Origin: Podarcis filfolensis
Taxonomy: Eukaryota
Strand: one strand, 5' to 3'
DNA length: 64,000 nt
Assembly (NCBI GenBank): GCA_964270895.1
Contig: OZ185436.1
Each line of letters opens with the position of its first letter. Positions within the stretch are counted from its first letter, which is position 1. The notes under the pieces are model-generated. The model saw nothing but the letters and a program-made list of their open reading frames with translations. It ran no database searches and was not told the origin of the DNA. Shown here in pieces: positions 1-11,472 of the stretch. Made by a program: the position numbers and the translations under genes.

Positions 1-116
1 ATCCTAAAGATCACAGTTTCCACTGTCCCTCATTCAAAGGAAACAGAACCCTGGGTCATTGACTGGAACTCCTAGAATCTCGCACTGCTTGGAGATTGGG
101 ATGACATGCAACAGTA

Positions 117-358
117 CAGTGGTACCTCGGGTTACATATGCTTCAGGTTACATACACTTCAGGTTACACACTCCGCTAACCCAGAAATAGTGCTTCAGGT
201 TAAGAACTTTGCTTCAGGTTGAGAACAGAAATCGTGCTCTGGCGGCGCGGCGGCAGCAGGAAGCCCCATTAGCTAAAGTGGTGCTTCAGGTTAAGAACAG
301 TTTCAGGTTAAGAACGGACCTCCGGAATGAATTAAGTACTTAACCCGAGGTACCACTG
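117..358. mobile_element. Tc1/mariner (Tigger/pogo-like) MITE
   Basis: TIRs CAGTGGTACCTCGGGTTA / TAACCCGAGGTACCACTG, TA TSD at 115-116 and 359-360, internal TTCAGGTTA repeats. Confidence 0.92.
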
Positions 359-374
359 TAATTTACTGGTACCT

Positions 375-470
375 CTCACAGAGCTTCAGTTCCTAGCATC
401 TTTAATAAACTACAGCTCCCAGGATTATTTGGGAGGTAAGCCACGTGCTTTAAATGTGTGATGTGAATAT
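375..470. mobile_element. Partial palindromic MITE (AAACTACAGCTCCCAGGATT / GCTTTAAATGT family)
   Basis: Matches the right half of the copies at 23880-24025, 24150-24345 and 43262-43440. Confidence 0.5.
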
Positions 471-1509
471 GACCTGCATTGCTCCAAAACCCTGAAAAAT
501 AACAGTTATACTTACCACTTTGGCAATTCATGAATCTGTGAAACTGAAAAAAGCAAAGGCTTTTAAAATGGGACATTTTCAGCACATTTTTTTTACCCCT
601 TCCTCACAGGTGGGGGAGGGGAGGGGAAAAGAAACGAGGACATGGTTTTTCTCTCTCTAACCCTGAAGTATTTTTTTTCAGCCGTACTAATAACAACCAG
701 CTATTTTCAGAGAATGGGATAATCATTCTGAATAGGTGTCAGGATTGCTGTCCTACAGGTCAGAGCTACCCTTCTCCCTATTGTTGAAATGCCTTGGAAA
801 ATGATAAGCTGGAGTTGTTTTAGATACAGTAAGTTTAGCAATTTAATCTGATTTTGTAAGTGCTAAAATGTTAAGTGCCCATTTGTTGCTGGAAATAGAC
901 ATGTGTCAACAAATTCAGTTTAGGCTGACAGCAGTTCACTGACCTCTATGCCATGAGTTTGCTTCCTTCCAAAGTAATAAAAGCCATTGTCAAGGGCAAT
1001 TACATTCCCCTGCAGAACTGTCAATGGCAGAAGGCATAAAATATGAATTTACTTATCCAGGTCAGATTTGACAATAGTTTAACTTCCCCATAGTTTTATT
1101 GCAGTGGGCTATAGAAATATGTGCACTGAATTGGACTGAGAATGAGAATAGGTTGTTTTTAACTGAAACAGTGGACAAAACATGTCAACAACTACGTGTC
1201 TAAAAAGCTTATGGGAACGAAAATGTTTTAAACAGGTGCCAAAAACAGTACAGCAAAGGAGCATAGCTAATGTGTAGATTCTATACCTTATGTATAGTTT
1301 ATATGCCAAAATATCTCACCCCATAACTCTACAGAGTCTTCAGGAAGGCTTATAACATTGCACAATAATTTCAACAGTCACAAAAACAAACTCTAAAAAA
1401 ATAGAATCATAATTTGAGCAGCATATAAAATGGCCTCAATTATTGAAATTTAATCTGGTTCACTGTCTCCTCCCCCAAAATTTCTGATGGAATAAAAAAG
1501 TTTTATCAG

Positions 1510-1740
1510 TTTCCTAAAAGCAGTGTTGGAGCTGGTCTACCAGGCATCCCTGGAACAGAGTTCCTACGATCACCTGGAGCAAAGTTGTCAAGGGCTTTAA
1601 TGGTTAAAACCAGCACTTTGAATTATGCCTACAACTGAACTGGGAGTTGCTGCTGTTATTTCAGCACAGCCTTGTCCTGTGATTGGTTAGCTGCTGCTAA
1701 TAAATGGGTGTCTGCATTTGGCATTGAATCTCTCTTTGCA
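1510..1740 (-). mobile_element. Old L2-clade LINE remnant
   Basis: The minus strand encodes FKVLVLTIKALDNFAPG, matching the L2 ORF2 C-terminal motif seen in the 27.3 kb copy. Confidence 0.45.
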
Positions 1741-4700
1741 TATCTCTGAGATGAGTATTAAAAATAATAATTCTGCAGCATTGATCTGTTTTGCAGGGCG
1801 GTTCTTAAATGGTACAGTACTTTCTGTCCTTCAAGCAATGCTATAATAACCACCACACCGTGCTTATCCACTGAGCCAATGAGGAAAAAACAAGCAAAGA
1901 CTCCCAGCAGCAAATCAATTCTCAATATTGTCAATACGTTGCATGTTGAAAGAAGACTGCAATAATAGGTGGAGCCACTAGATGTCCACATTTTAGCAAA
2001 TTTTGTTAGAAGGCTCTGAATTAAGACTGCATTTTCCTGCAGAACCGTTCCAATGTTTTATAGCCTGTTGAAAATGTCAACACAAGGTGAGGCACGCCAA
2101 GTTATTTATTAATGAATGGCATTAAATATCACACAAAACTCCAGGAATAGCCTCAATCTGATTACACTTGTAAAACCAGCAACATCAAAGGAATGTTTGA
2201 TTCTTGGGACAGGTCCGCACTAGACTTTGCAGGCCAGTGTCATTTTGAAGTCATGTACCCAACCTGCTGTGTCTCAGTTGTGACACCCTTCTGCCGCCTG
2301 GTATAATCCTCATTTGGAACATATGGAAGCAGCGTAGCCCATTGTTATGATGCTACAAATTGCAGCAGAGTGAGGAGGGGGAAAGGTCCTCCTTTGCCCT
2401 TTCTCATTGCAGAAATATGGGAATCTGACATTGTCACTTTTGCCCTTGATCCTTTTCTTCCCTCCAACCTCTTCAAAAGGACAGGCGTTCAGAATTTAGG
2501 ACCAATCGATATGTGATTAGTAGCCCCCAAAACTTGTGTGCCTAACCATCTCCACTCATTTCATTAAAAAAAGGTGCAAGAAAGCCATTATTTGCCGCAA
2601 TTTTAGACAAATGGATGGTAATGCAGTCCCCGCTGTGTGATTGATGCATGCCAGGATCTCCGACTGCATTACTGTTAGCTGCATGGGCTGGAGGTTGCAA
2701 ATTTGGCAAGACTGAGAAACCTGAAATACATAGCACTGGGTTTTCTTATAGGCTGCATGTGATCTAAATCTGCCCTTGGAGCTCACCCATTTGCAGAAGG
2801 TTGCCTCCAGACAGCCATTATTTTGTGGAAGGGATTCAATTACATAGTGAAAAATGTAGGTTTATGCAATTAACGTGGATTAAAGTGTAGGAAAGTGATG
2901 GGGAAATGCACTAAAAAGTGTGGCTTAAATGACTGAAGACCTACAACCACCAAACAAGCAAATCAGGATAGCATATGTATCTCCCCATAAACAAATGAGA
3001 ATGAATGTTCAATAAAGACTAGACATTGCCTAACCTCCATGCAATGTTTGTGCAAGAAAATCAGGATGAATTCTCAGTAAGCAAGTCTGGAGGAGCCCTG
3101 ACAGTTGTATTTGATAAATAGTCCTTGAGCAGATTTTTCACCAACTCTACAATTCTATAAAATCTATGAAACTAGAAGAATGGTTCAGTTGCTTCAGAAT
3201 AAGCCCAAAACTTCACAGAAACATTTTCAGTAAGACAATGAGATTCCTGTTACCTTAGCTCTGAACCAAACCTGGTGAATGGGCTAGAACTGAAACATTT
3301 AGCAGTAAGGATTGAGACATACTTGAGAGGCAATAAAGGATCAGAATAGAATAAAAAGTTGATTTAAGAAATGGCAATATAAATTTCTGGCGTCAGTTCA
3401 GCATTGGCAGAAAAGCTCTTCAAGTTGCATTCCTTTTACCTCAGAATAAAATTGGCCTCTGGTCTTTTCTTTTTTGCAGGAATTTTAAAAACAATGCATG
3501 GACCTGATTCAGCAAGGTACAGCAATCAAATAAATGTTTTAATGGGCCTTTCTTTTAATAGATCCATTGTCTACAGTGTTATGAATCTGGCACATGCTTA
3601 AGATTCATGTTGACCTGGTGCCTGTTTATTGTCTGAAATGTACAAAAAATTAAGAGGCTTCCCAAATTATGATCCTTCACTCTACCAAAGATGGGATAAT
3701 GCCCTAAATCATCACATTCTTAAATGGAACGAAAGCAAAAAAACCCCTAATTTTCTGCCAAACACATGTTGTCTTTTCTTCAAACAAAAATAAACTAAAA
3801 AACATCCTCTTGAGAAACTTTAATATTTTCTTTCCGGTTTTTTTCATAACAGGAAAAGGTTTGCTGTTCCTTTGTTAAATTTGACATACCAGCAGCTTAA
3901 TATTCCCTTTTTTATTATTTTAACCGTAAAATTCTGCACGCCAAGGCCTATACTAGGAAGTGATCTGTTTATTTAAAATACATTTATGAGCAAGCAAATG
4001 CAAACAACTGTTTCTCATAAACTAGTAAGCCACTCGTCCCTTATTCCTGAGCACTCTGGTTTCACATTCTTCCCTGACAATTTTCATTTCTTGGTTTATC
4101 AATTATTATTCTCTAGTCTGCTTCCTCTTCATTTCCAAACTGTAATCTCTTAATTTCCAATAGCCTTTTTAAAGCCTCCCTAAAATGCAAATTCAAATAC
4201 ACCTCATTCACGTCAAGAAGGTTCAACATCTACTCAGATTTTAAGCTAACACTTCTTTGAAAGTTCGCATAACTTGCCATTTAAATAAGCATCAAAGTCA
4301 TTCCTAAGACACAAAAGCAAGTAGTTCTTCACAAGAATCATTTTGTGGTGGCGAAAAATATATTCAGATTTAAGTGACTAAGTGTCCTTTACAATAGCAG
4401 TACTTCCTTATTTTCCTAGTAAGCCAGAGAACATTGCCTCCATGTTTTGCTTTCTAACTTTCTTTATAAATGTAAGATTGACTAACATTTTTTTTAAATG
4501 AAAGCTAAGAACCTGGGCCTCCTGCTTAGGGGTGGGGAAGTGGAAGGAGAAGGGAATAAATGTGAAGATGAACTCATTCAGTATTCTACCCACCCAAATG
4601 AACTCAATTCAGCTTTAGTTCATCTGGCAATTAATAATTGCTTTCAGGTGTAGTTCAGATATTTTGAACTAGTTCAGTGAATTTTATTCAGTTAATTCCA

Positions 4701-5000
4701 AGAGCAGTGAGTGTCTGGTTTCTCATCATTACTTGTAGGGCTAGATGTTTTTCCTGTGGATGGAGAAGCCTTAAAACTGGGAAACTCCTGCTACATTATT
4801 TCCAATGCAATCCCTTCGATGGCTACCACATGTTCTGTGGGAATGATACAAACACAGGAACTTTGTGCCTTTATTCCTGGGAAGGAAGGTCTGATTCTGG
4901 AGAACTCACAAACGTTGGAATTAAGTTAGCAGTATAATGACTATGTATAAAGGAAAACCAGCAGAAGGGACTCTCTGGAGTCTATGGGAAGATGTGATAC

Positions 5001-5127
5001 CAATGCTATTTTTCTGGGGGTACTCAAGGGTACCAGTTCTGGCACCTCCCCCCTGTTAATAGTGTGGCACTTACTGTAACAACTTTGTGGTATGGGCACC
5101 TTTTTTTCTATATATAAAAAAGCACTG
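5001..5127. mobile_element. Short non-autonomous DNA element (CAGTGCTTTTTT-type TIR)
   Basis: Imperfect TIR caatgctattttt / aaaaaagcactg; related to 57131-57271; no TSD seen. Confidence 0.45.
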
Positions 5128-6796
5128 AATAGGACCTATAGAAATAAAAAGAAACTTCTTTCAGGCCAAAGTCTCATTATAAAAGAAAGCATTAAGCTTA
5201 TTTTTACCCCTCTTCAGATTGATGGCTGGCAAAGAAATTCCTTCTACAAATGCAGGAAAGCAAAATGAAGGGAGACGGGGAGTGTAGGTGGCAGAAACTG
5301 AATGCTGCCACTCTTGCCAGAGCAGTTCATTATATTAAGACACATATTGTGCTACTGAATTGATTAACTGCCTGATTAGTCATGAGGTATCGTTAAGATC
5401 TCTAATCTGAATTAGCCACATTGTTCCTGTGGGTGTTCCTTTTTGTATTGGTACAAATACAGTTTGACAAACAGGGAATACATGTAGAAGAGGTGGAACC
5501 TATTTCTGTTTTAGATACTCCATCCCTATTTCCACCTGACTGAACCACCCTGAGATCTTCTGAGGAAGAGCGGTATATAAAACTAATAAAAAAAGTATAT
5601 ATTTTTTAAATACAGTCTTAAAATTAGTTTAAAGCAAATGACAACCAAGAGAACAGGGTGGATCCTAAGCATATATATTTCAGGTGCCAAAGGCCAGGGT
5701 GAATAGGTTTGTTTTCAATGTATGACATAAACTGCATAATGATACCTCTGTGGGGAGGGAGTTCAACATCAACACCATAATCACCATTATTTAAACCCCA
5801 CCCTTCATCTCATGAGTGCCAAGGATGGCTGACAATAAAAATACAGGATTAAAAACAAAAGTAGAACATACAACATACAAGGATAATCAATATGACATTG
5901 TATAAACCGTGTTACTCCTGCTGTTCTCCACAGACAAGCAGAAACAAATAGGTCTTAAGACGCTGTCTGAATGAATGTTGTTACAGTCCACCCCAGTCAC
6001 TGCCAAGCGGTAGCAATATTTACCAGGGGTCCTGGCACTTAACCAGGGTTTGTGTTTCTTTGGGAAAAATAAGGCCCAGCAGACACGAGTACCTTCAAGA
6101 AATACAGTCCGTCTGCACATATTTACACCTGAGTTTTATGAAGGGAGAGTTCACAGCATTTGCATCTCAAGATGTGCAGTAATGGATTCAGAGGCATCTT
6201 CCATGTCTCTCTGTTGCAGCCTGCTCCAGCCAGTCAGTATGTCTGCTGCCTTCCAATCCCCGCATGGACTTTTGCCTACCTCCTTCTCCTCTTCCTTCCC
6301 AGCAGCCTTTGCGGAAAAACAACCCCTTCCTTTCTGCTTCCCCACCACCCTGTAACCTCCATTTCAAAAGCCTCCTGCACCCCCTTTTCCTATTACCCTG
6401 GCAACTTCTCCCTCTGTGCCTGGCAGAGCCTTCTTTCTGGTTGATGACTTTCACTGAGGGGCTAATGGCTGGCCATCAATGCCATTGCTACTTCAACAAT
6501 CCACCCCCAGCGAGTCATCGCCAGGGCTGGCCCCACGAGGAAGTTAGCTAATTCATGCATTTATGGAAGTCTGCCCCCCAGAAAAAACTCTTTAACAATA
6601 TTGTGTGGTGGGGACAATCTGATATCTGCAGAGAGGGAGTTTCAAACCTGGGGGTAGCCACTGAGGAGGCCCTGTCTATTATGTAAGGTCATGTAAGCCC
6701 ATATTATTTGGGCTACCACAAACTGGGTCTCCTCTGCAGATGGCAAAACATGGATTGGGTGGTGCCAGGGAAGGCACTCCTTCAAGTACTTGGTCC

Positions 6797-6892
6797 TAAC
6801 AACAACAACAACAATAACAACGTTATTATTTATACATCTGGCTGGGTTTCCCCACCCACTCTGGGCGGCTTACAGCATATATTAAAGCATTA
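6797..6892 (-). mobile_element. L2-clade 3' tail with (AAC)n
   Basis: ggctgggtttccc...ccactctgggcggcttaca motif shared with 7256 and 37345, plus a simple-repeat tail. Confidence 0.6.
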
Positions 6893-7125
6893 AAAAAAAA
6901 GAAGCCATGAAGGGTCAGTGGCTATATCATGTATGTATTGTATGTATTGTGTAAACACCCTTCTTGAGTTTTGTATGCAACTTCATCCCTTGTTGGCCTT
7001 GCTTGCTGGCTTTCTCTGGCCTTTTGCCTGGCTGGAATGTGTTTCTGAATGGTGATAGTTTCTTGCTTGCCTAAGCGGAGGTGGATGTGTAGAAATCTCT
7101 GGCTTTTGCCTAGCAGGAATATTGC

Positions 7126-7255
7126 NNNNNNNNNNNNNNNNNNNNNNNNNNNNNNNNNNNNNNNNNNNNNNNNNNNNNNNNNNNNNNNNNNNNNNNNNNN
7201 NNNNNNNNNNNNNNNNNNNNNNNNNNNNNNNNNNNNNNNNNNNNNNNNNNNNNNN
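7126..7255. other. Assembly gap (130 N)
   Basis: Run of n characters. Confidence 1.
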
Positions 7256-7515
7256 CTGAGTTTCCCCAGCCTCTCTGGGCGGCTCCCAATCAAGTGTTAA
7301 AAACAATACAGCGTTAGATATTAAAAACTTCCCTGAACAGGGCTGCTTTCAGATGTCTTTTAAAGATAGGATAGCTGCTTATTTCCTTCACATCTGAAGG
7401 GAGGGTGTTCCACAGGGTGGGCGCCACTACCGAGAAGGCCCTCTGTCTGGTTCCCTGTAACCTCACTTCTCGCAATGAGGGAACCGCCAGAAGGCCCTTG
7501 GCGCTGGATCTCAGT
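7256..7515 (-). mobile_element. L2-clade LINE 3' fragment
   Basis: Reverse complement of the 27460-27670 sequence (ctctgggcggctcccaa, aaaacttccctgaacagggctgctttcagatgtc, tctgaagggagggtgttccacaggg). Confidence 0.8.
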
Positions 7516-8539
7516 ATGAGTCACATCCATTGCTGTGCCTCACTTATACTTCTCCCCCTGCCTGCCATGGGCATGAAGTACACAGAAGGGTATCAGGTCG
7601 TTGTGCTGAAAAAGGCTCCACACCCCTGCTTTAGAGTGCTGCTGAAAGCAGGTAATAAAGCAGGTAACAACAGCATTAAGAAGTGAGGTGGAGGAGATAG
7701 GATTTTCTTTGCCCAAATAGCTTGACCTGAAAGTATCACTCTGAAATCTCAGGTTTTGGTGAAGTTATCGTCCAGCTCTTTAGCCAGCAATACTTTGGGA
7801 ATAATCCGATAACTGACCAAGTAAGGATGGGGGGTGGAATCCCATTATACAGAAGATTGCAAAGTTCATGTCTGTTAATATTTGGTTACGGAGGGCAACC
7901 TTAAATAGCCCCTTACCTAACCATCTGACTGTGATGTTTGTCAAATGCACTGTTGCAACACGTGCGAATGGCATGGCTATCACATGAAAACCTGATGTCA
8001 TGTGATGCAACAATGTGTGCAACAATGCATATTAGTAGGCAAAAGAAGGACTGGCAGCTAATAAAACTTCTCGCTGTAAGTTTTGAGACAGATTGAATCA
8101 GCTTTTGCAATTAGGCGCGTGATTCCCTTGAGTCAACATTATATAGTGAATCAATTACTGCCCTCCGTCTGAGTTCTGGTTGGATTTCTCAGAATACCAA
8201 ACAGCTTTGGGGTGTTATGTAAGGTCACTAGCCTCCCGCTGATATCTTTTCATAAGGCCACTACATGTCTGACACCCTCTCAGTTTGCTATTTATAGGCA
8301 GCCTGGCAGAGCAGCAGACAGAGACTGGGGCAAGTTTAATGGCACCTGGAACACAAGCCACTCAGATGTCCTCATTTTTTGGCTTAGCTGCCATCCATCT
8401 CAATGGGGCTGCTTCAGGGGAAGCTCTTACAGTGGATTCTCTGCTTGGATACTTTCCTGTAGTCTGCCACTGATTCACTGTGTGACTTTGGCCAAAGTCA
8501 CTACACTTCAGCATCTTAGGGGCTGAACTGCACATAACA

Positions 8540-8830
8540 GATGCAAATAGGCCTGGCCGACTTATGAGGCAGGGTGAGGCGCCTGCCTTGGGCAGTGCCT
8601 GCCTCGCTTCTGCTGCCCATCCTGCTTCCTTCCCCACCAGCAGAGAAGCAGTGCCAGCAGTGGCGTTGGTTTCCGGTGAGTTCTTGCAAGATCTCACTGG
8701 AAGTCAGCACTGCTGCCGGTGCTTTGCGGGCAGTAACACGCAACGCAGGTAAGAGAGGTACAATGCTACTGTCAGGGCAGCAGCTAGGGGGCAGCAGTGG
8801 GGTGGGGAGCGGCATGCTGCCATTTCACTT
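8540..8830. mobile_element. GC-rich element, probably an old non-autonomous DNA transposon
   Basis: Abrupt GC/CpG-rich island in AT-rich DNA; termini not resolved. Confidence 0.3.
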
Positions 8831-9132
8831 TGAGTGGTGAAATGGAACACGCCACCCGTGAATGTGAATGTGTGGGTAAGAAGACAGGAAGAGCCATCTG
8901 GTACAGTATACCATTGTGGCTAACCAAATGCCCATAGGAAGCCCACAACCAGGATAGAAGGCCAATAGTTTTCTCTCTCTAGAGTAACTCCACAACTCCA
9001 CAAAAGTACACCTTTTGTGGAAGGAGAAAAAAGCTGCTTCCAAGGTTAAAGCAGCTCTGTGTATGTGTGTTTTCTTTCCCAGACATCTGTTTATCTAGTG
9101 CAGTTCACCCCTTGGTCGCTCCTGTCCCACCA

Positions 9133-9136
<4 letters not shown>

Positions 9137-9197
<61 letters not shown>

Positions 9198-9218
9198 CTG
9201 TGTGTGTGTGTTGTGTGT
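9137..9218. repeat. Compound (CT)n(GT)n microsatellite
   Basis: Seen directly; it creates spurious SL/CV and ER/TH ORFs. Confidence 0.97.
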
Positions 9219-9445
9219 GGATGAACACATTGATCAGTATCTGTTTCAGTTTCTCCTTTCCCCCATTTTAAGTTCATCAGATTCCCTCATCAGTTTGCTG
9301 TTTTAAAAAGTCCTCATGAAAACCCATCAGCCTTTTCATAGTGTGCATTTCTCCTAAAATACACATTTTATATGCAGTTTCACCTAATATATATGTGTAG
9401 GCAGGCATGTTTCCCTACAACAATGCATTTTTGTATGTTTTTCTA
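9218..9445 (-). mobile_element. AT-rich non-autonomous DNA element (AAAATGCAT-repeat family)
   Basis: Similar to 11087-11472, 29366-29657, 47180-47400 and 59135-59600. Confidence 0.55.
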
Positions 9446-9480
9446 ATGTATATATGAAATAGAGAATAAAGTTTATTATG

Positions 9481-9482
<2 letters not shown>

Positions 9483-9522
<40 letters not shown>
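9483..9522. repeat. (CA)n microsatellite
   Basis: Seen directly. Confidence 0.97.
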
Positions 9523-9525
<3 letters not shown>

Positions 9526-9757
9526 CATACAAGCAAAAATGCACTTATTTTAAATCTTACAGTAACATCTTAACTTTGCTTAGGGAATGTATTCAATTTT
9601 CTAGTGAGCTATGGTTGATTTAAAAAACGACCAACTGGAGTAGAAAAGGCTAAGGAGCAAGCGTAGGCTTGCCATATGTCCTCTTTTTTCAGGACACGTC
9701 TTCTTTTTCATGGGTATGTAAAATGAGTCTCGTCATAGCAACCCAAAGTTAAAAGTA

Positions 9758-10112
9758 AGGTAAAGGTAAAGGGACCCCTGACCATTAGGTCCAGTCATGG
9801 CCAACTCTGGGGTTGTGGTGCTCATCTCGCTTTACTGGCCGAGGGAGCCAGCGTACAGCTTCCGGGTCATGTGGCCAGCATGACTAAGCCGCTTCTGGCG
9901 AACCAGAGCAGCGCACGGAAACACCGTTTACCTTCCCACCGGAGCGGTACCTATTTATCTACTTGCACTTTGACGTGCTTTCGAACTGCTAGGTTGGCAG
10001 GAGCAGGGACCGAGCAACGGGAGCTCACCCCGTTGCGGGGATTCGAACTGCCGACCTTCTGATCGGCAAGTCCTAGGCTCTGTGGTTTAACCCACAGCCC
10101 CACCCGCGTCCC
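9758..10112 (-). mobile_element. Full-length Sauria SINE
   Basis: The minus strand starts GGGACGCGGGTGGGGCTGTGGGTTAAACC, has a B-box GTTCGAATCC and an (ACCTTT)n tail. 13-bp TSD AAAGTTAAAAGTA at 9745-9757 and 10117-10129. Confidence 0.95.
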
Positions 10113-10364
10113 TTAAAAAGTTAAAAGTAGAACTTGGCAAATGTGTCCTCTGTTTTGCTCTTCAAAATATGGCAGCCCTAAAGAGGGGTTCTTGAAATAC
10201 CTTTGTACTCAGAAAGCACTGAGGATGCTGAACCTGTTGCTCCTACTATAGATGATATAAAGTGTAAGACAGAAGTTTCACAAATTGGAGATATTTGTGG
10301 AAAACACACAGAGGAAAAAGAGGATGTCAAGAAAAGTGAGAGGCACTCAATAGAAGACACTTCT

Positions 10365-10985
10365 TGCCCCAGGCCACCTGATCCTAGAGTGACAGCACTG
10401 GATCCAGAAGTACCCTCAAGCTGTGTACCTGCTCCTTCAGATGGAGTGTAACCCCATCAAAAGCAGGCAACCTCCCATCCATCCAGTCTAGGGAACCATC
10501 CGCTAACAGTGCCTCAGTCTTATCTGGATGGAGCTTCGGTTTGTTGGCTCTCACCCAGACCCTTACTGAGGCAAGACACTAGTTCAGCACATCCACTGCC
10601 TCATTTGCAGATGTAAAGGAGACGTAGAGCGGTGTGCCATCAGTATACTGCTGACAAGACACTCCATCATCCCACTTAATGGTTTCATGGGGGAGTACAA
10701 TTGAACCTTGAGGAATCTTGCATTGAAGGCTCCACAGAGCCTTCACCCTCTGCTCCACAGAGCATCCCCCTTTGGAAATGGCCTTGCAAGTAGGGCTGGA
10801 ATAGTCACAAAGCAGTGCCACCCACCCACAACTCAGCCAGCCGCTCTAGAAGGATACCATGGTCGGTAGTATCAAAAGCCACTGAGAGGTCAAGGTAAAT
10901 TAACAGGGACACATTTTGCCTCTCTCTCTTCCAACAGAGGCCATCATATAGGGTGACTAAAATAGTTTCTATGCCAAAAGCGTGC
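10365..10985 (-). mobile_element. Degenerate L2-clade LINE reverse-transcriptase fragment
   Basis: Minus frames encode LLIYLDLSVAFDTTDHGILLERL, IPQGSIVLP, QQYTDGTPLYVSF, WVRANKPKLHPDKTEAL and LKEQVHSLRVLLDPVLSL, with stops and frameshifts. Confidence 0.88.
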
Positions 10986-11086
10986 ATTTTATAGGGAGAA
11001 ACACGGGGGCTGAGAAAGAAGCAATTTGCACAAGGCCAGTCTACAATTTTTTTAAAATGTAGTTAATGTTAAACTATTGGGAATAT

Positions 11087-11472
11087 GGATGGGGAAAATT
11101 TCTATTCATTTCCTTTTAAAAGGCAAACCTACTGAATTCATACTTTCTGAAACAATATGCAGGCTGAAACAGCCATCTTTTTGCACTTTTCAGAATTTTG
11201 CAATGTAGTTCTCCAACCAAGTCATGCTTACAAAAATCCATATGCTTAGTTAAGCTATGCATAAAAATGATTGAAAATAACATAAAAATGCATTATATTA
11301 AGCAAATTGCTTTGCAGAAATGTGTATTTTAGGAGACATTCACAGTAAAATGCTGAATGAGGATGTTTTCGGGGGGAAATCCACAAACTGATGTGGAAAT
11401 CTGGTGTACTAAATTTAAGATTGGATAAAATGAGAAACTAAGAGAAACTGAAATTGACGGATAGACCCATCC
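11087..11472 (+). mobile_element. AT-rich non-autonomous DNA element with GGATGGG/CCCATCC termini
   Basis: 7-bp perfect TIR and internal AAAATGCAT-type repeats; several relatives in the window. Confidence 0.6.

Noticed and set aside
4677-4937. Two overlapping plus-strand ORFs with CGW and GNSCY motifs resembling a C-type lectin start
   Set aside because: The motifs are in different frames, there is no WIGL or downstream cysteine pattern, and there are no partner exons.
10203-10451. 82-aa acidic/proline-rich plus-strand ORF that looks like a terminal exon
   Set aside because: Its 3' half is the antisense frame of the L2 RT (minus frame LKEQVHSLRVLLDPVLSL). The rest is a purine-rich patch, it starts at TTG, and there is an in-frame stop just upstream.
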